The notes under the pieces were generated by a model. That model was not told the origin of the DNA. It ran no database searches and worked only from the letters and a program-made list of their open reading frames with translations. Both the position numbers and the translations under genes were made by a program. 40,219 bases of DNA from an uncultured Microbacterium sp. (GTDB lineage: Bacteria > Actinomycetota > Actinomycetes > Actinomycetales > Microbacteriaceae). Location: contig CANSLE010000001.1 in the NCBI GenBank assembly GCA_947647645.1, positions 1 to 40,219 on the forward strand, given 5' to 3'. Position 1 is the stretch's first letter, and each line of letters starts with the position of its first letter. Shown here in pieces: positions 39,764 through 40,219 of this stretch.

Positions 39764-40219
39764 ATGCCCGCCCGAGTTCACGCACTGCTGGTCGTCCGCC
39801 CCGATGCGCGCGTGGCCACAGATATCCGCCTGCACCGCGTCCTGTCCGCGCTCGCCGCCCAGGCCCGCCCCGTCGACACCCTCACGATCGTGCTGTGCGG
39901 TGTGCACGCGACCGACCGCACGCTGCAGCGCATCGCGGGCGAGTCCGGCGCCGAGGGGGTCATCACCGCCGACCGCGGCACGTCGTTCGCCGACGCGCTG
40001 AACCTCGCCACCCGGCGTCTGGACGGGGATGCCGTCTGGATCCTCGACCAGGACACGACTCCCGCACCGGAGGCGCTCGTCCGACTGATGGGCGCGCTGG
40101 AGACCTCACCGTCGGTGGCGTTCGCCGCGCCCAAGCTGGTGCGCGCGGACGACAATGACCGCATCGTCTCGCTCGGCGTCTCGCTCACGCACGGAGGCCG
40201 CACCGTCGGCCTCGCGGAC
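39764..40219 (+). CDS. GT2-domain protein downstream of whiB (runs off the window end)
   Basis: Not in the ORF track. ATG 39764 after TAGGCT; MPARVHALLVV..LAAQARPVD..AVWILDQDTTPAPEAL..AAPKLV..IVSLGVS; frame open to the end. Confidence 0.85.
   Translation, partial: MPARVHALLVVRPDARVATDIRLHRVLSALAAQARPVDTLTIVLCGVHATDRTLQRIAGESGAEGVITADRGTSFADALNLATRRLDGDAVWILDQDTTPAPEALVRLMGALETSPSVAFAAPKLVRADDNDRIVSLGVSLTHGGRTVGLAD

Overview
Almost all of the window (from ~555 to the end) is a high-GC actinobacterial, Microbacterium-like cell-wall polysaccharide locus. It holds the dTDP-L-rhamnose pathway (rmlA, rmlB, fused rmlC-rmlD), two tandem RgpF-family rhamnan synthesis proteins, a Wzm/Wzt ABC exporter, two polyprenol-phosphate GT2s (one paired with DUF2304), two GT-C-like membrane proteins (DUF2142/GacL-like and Rv3779-like), two Wzx-like flippases, a WecB-like 2-epimerase, a GT11 fucosyltransferase and several GT2/GT4 enzymes. 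A conserved-looking block follows: glf, glfT2, a GlfT1-like GT2, an O-antigen ligase/Wzy-type protein, manA, whiB and a GT2. Near the left end are a lipoprotein coupled to a secreted protein with five repeats, and a decayed IS481 element touching the rmlCD stop codon. The first ~550 bp look unrelated: a secreted Gly/Trp/Arg/His-rich ORF missing from the ORF track and an AT-richer spacer, joined abruptly to the 3' third of a GT4 gene (probable contig join or chimera). Highlights: a Streptococcus Gac/Rgp-like rhamnan system with mycobacterial-type decoration enzymes, a motif-degenerate RgpF paralogue, a putative lysozyme-like secreted protein, a spaced direct repeat flanking whiB, and many leaderless-type promoters. 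All family calls come from motif recognition; no searches were run.
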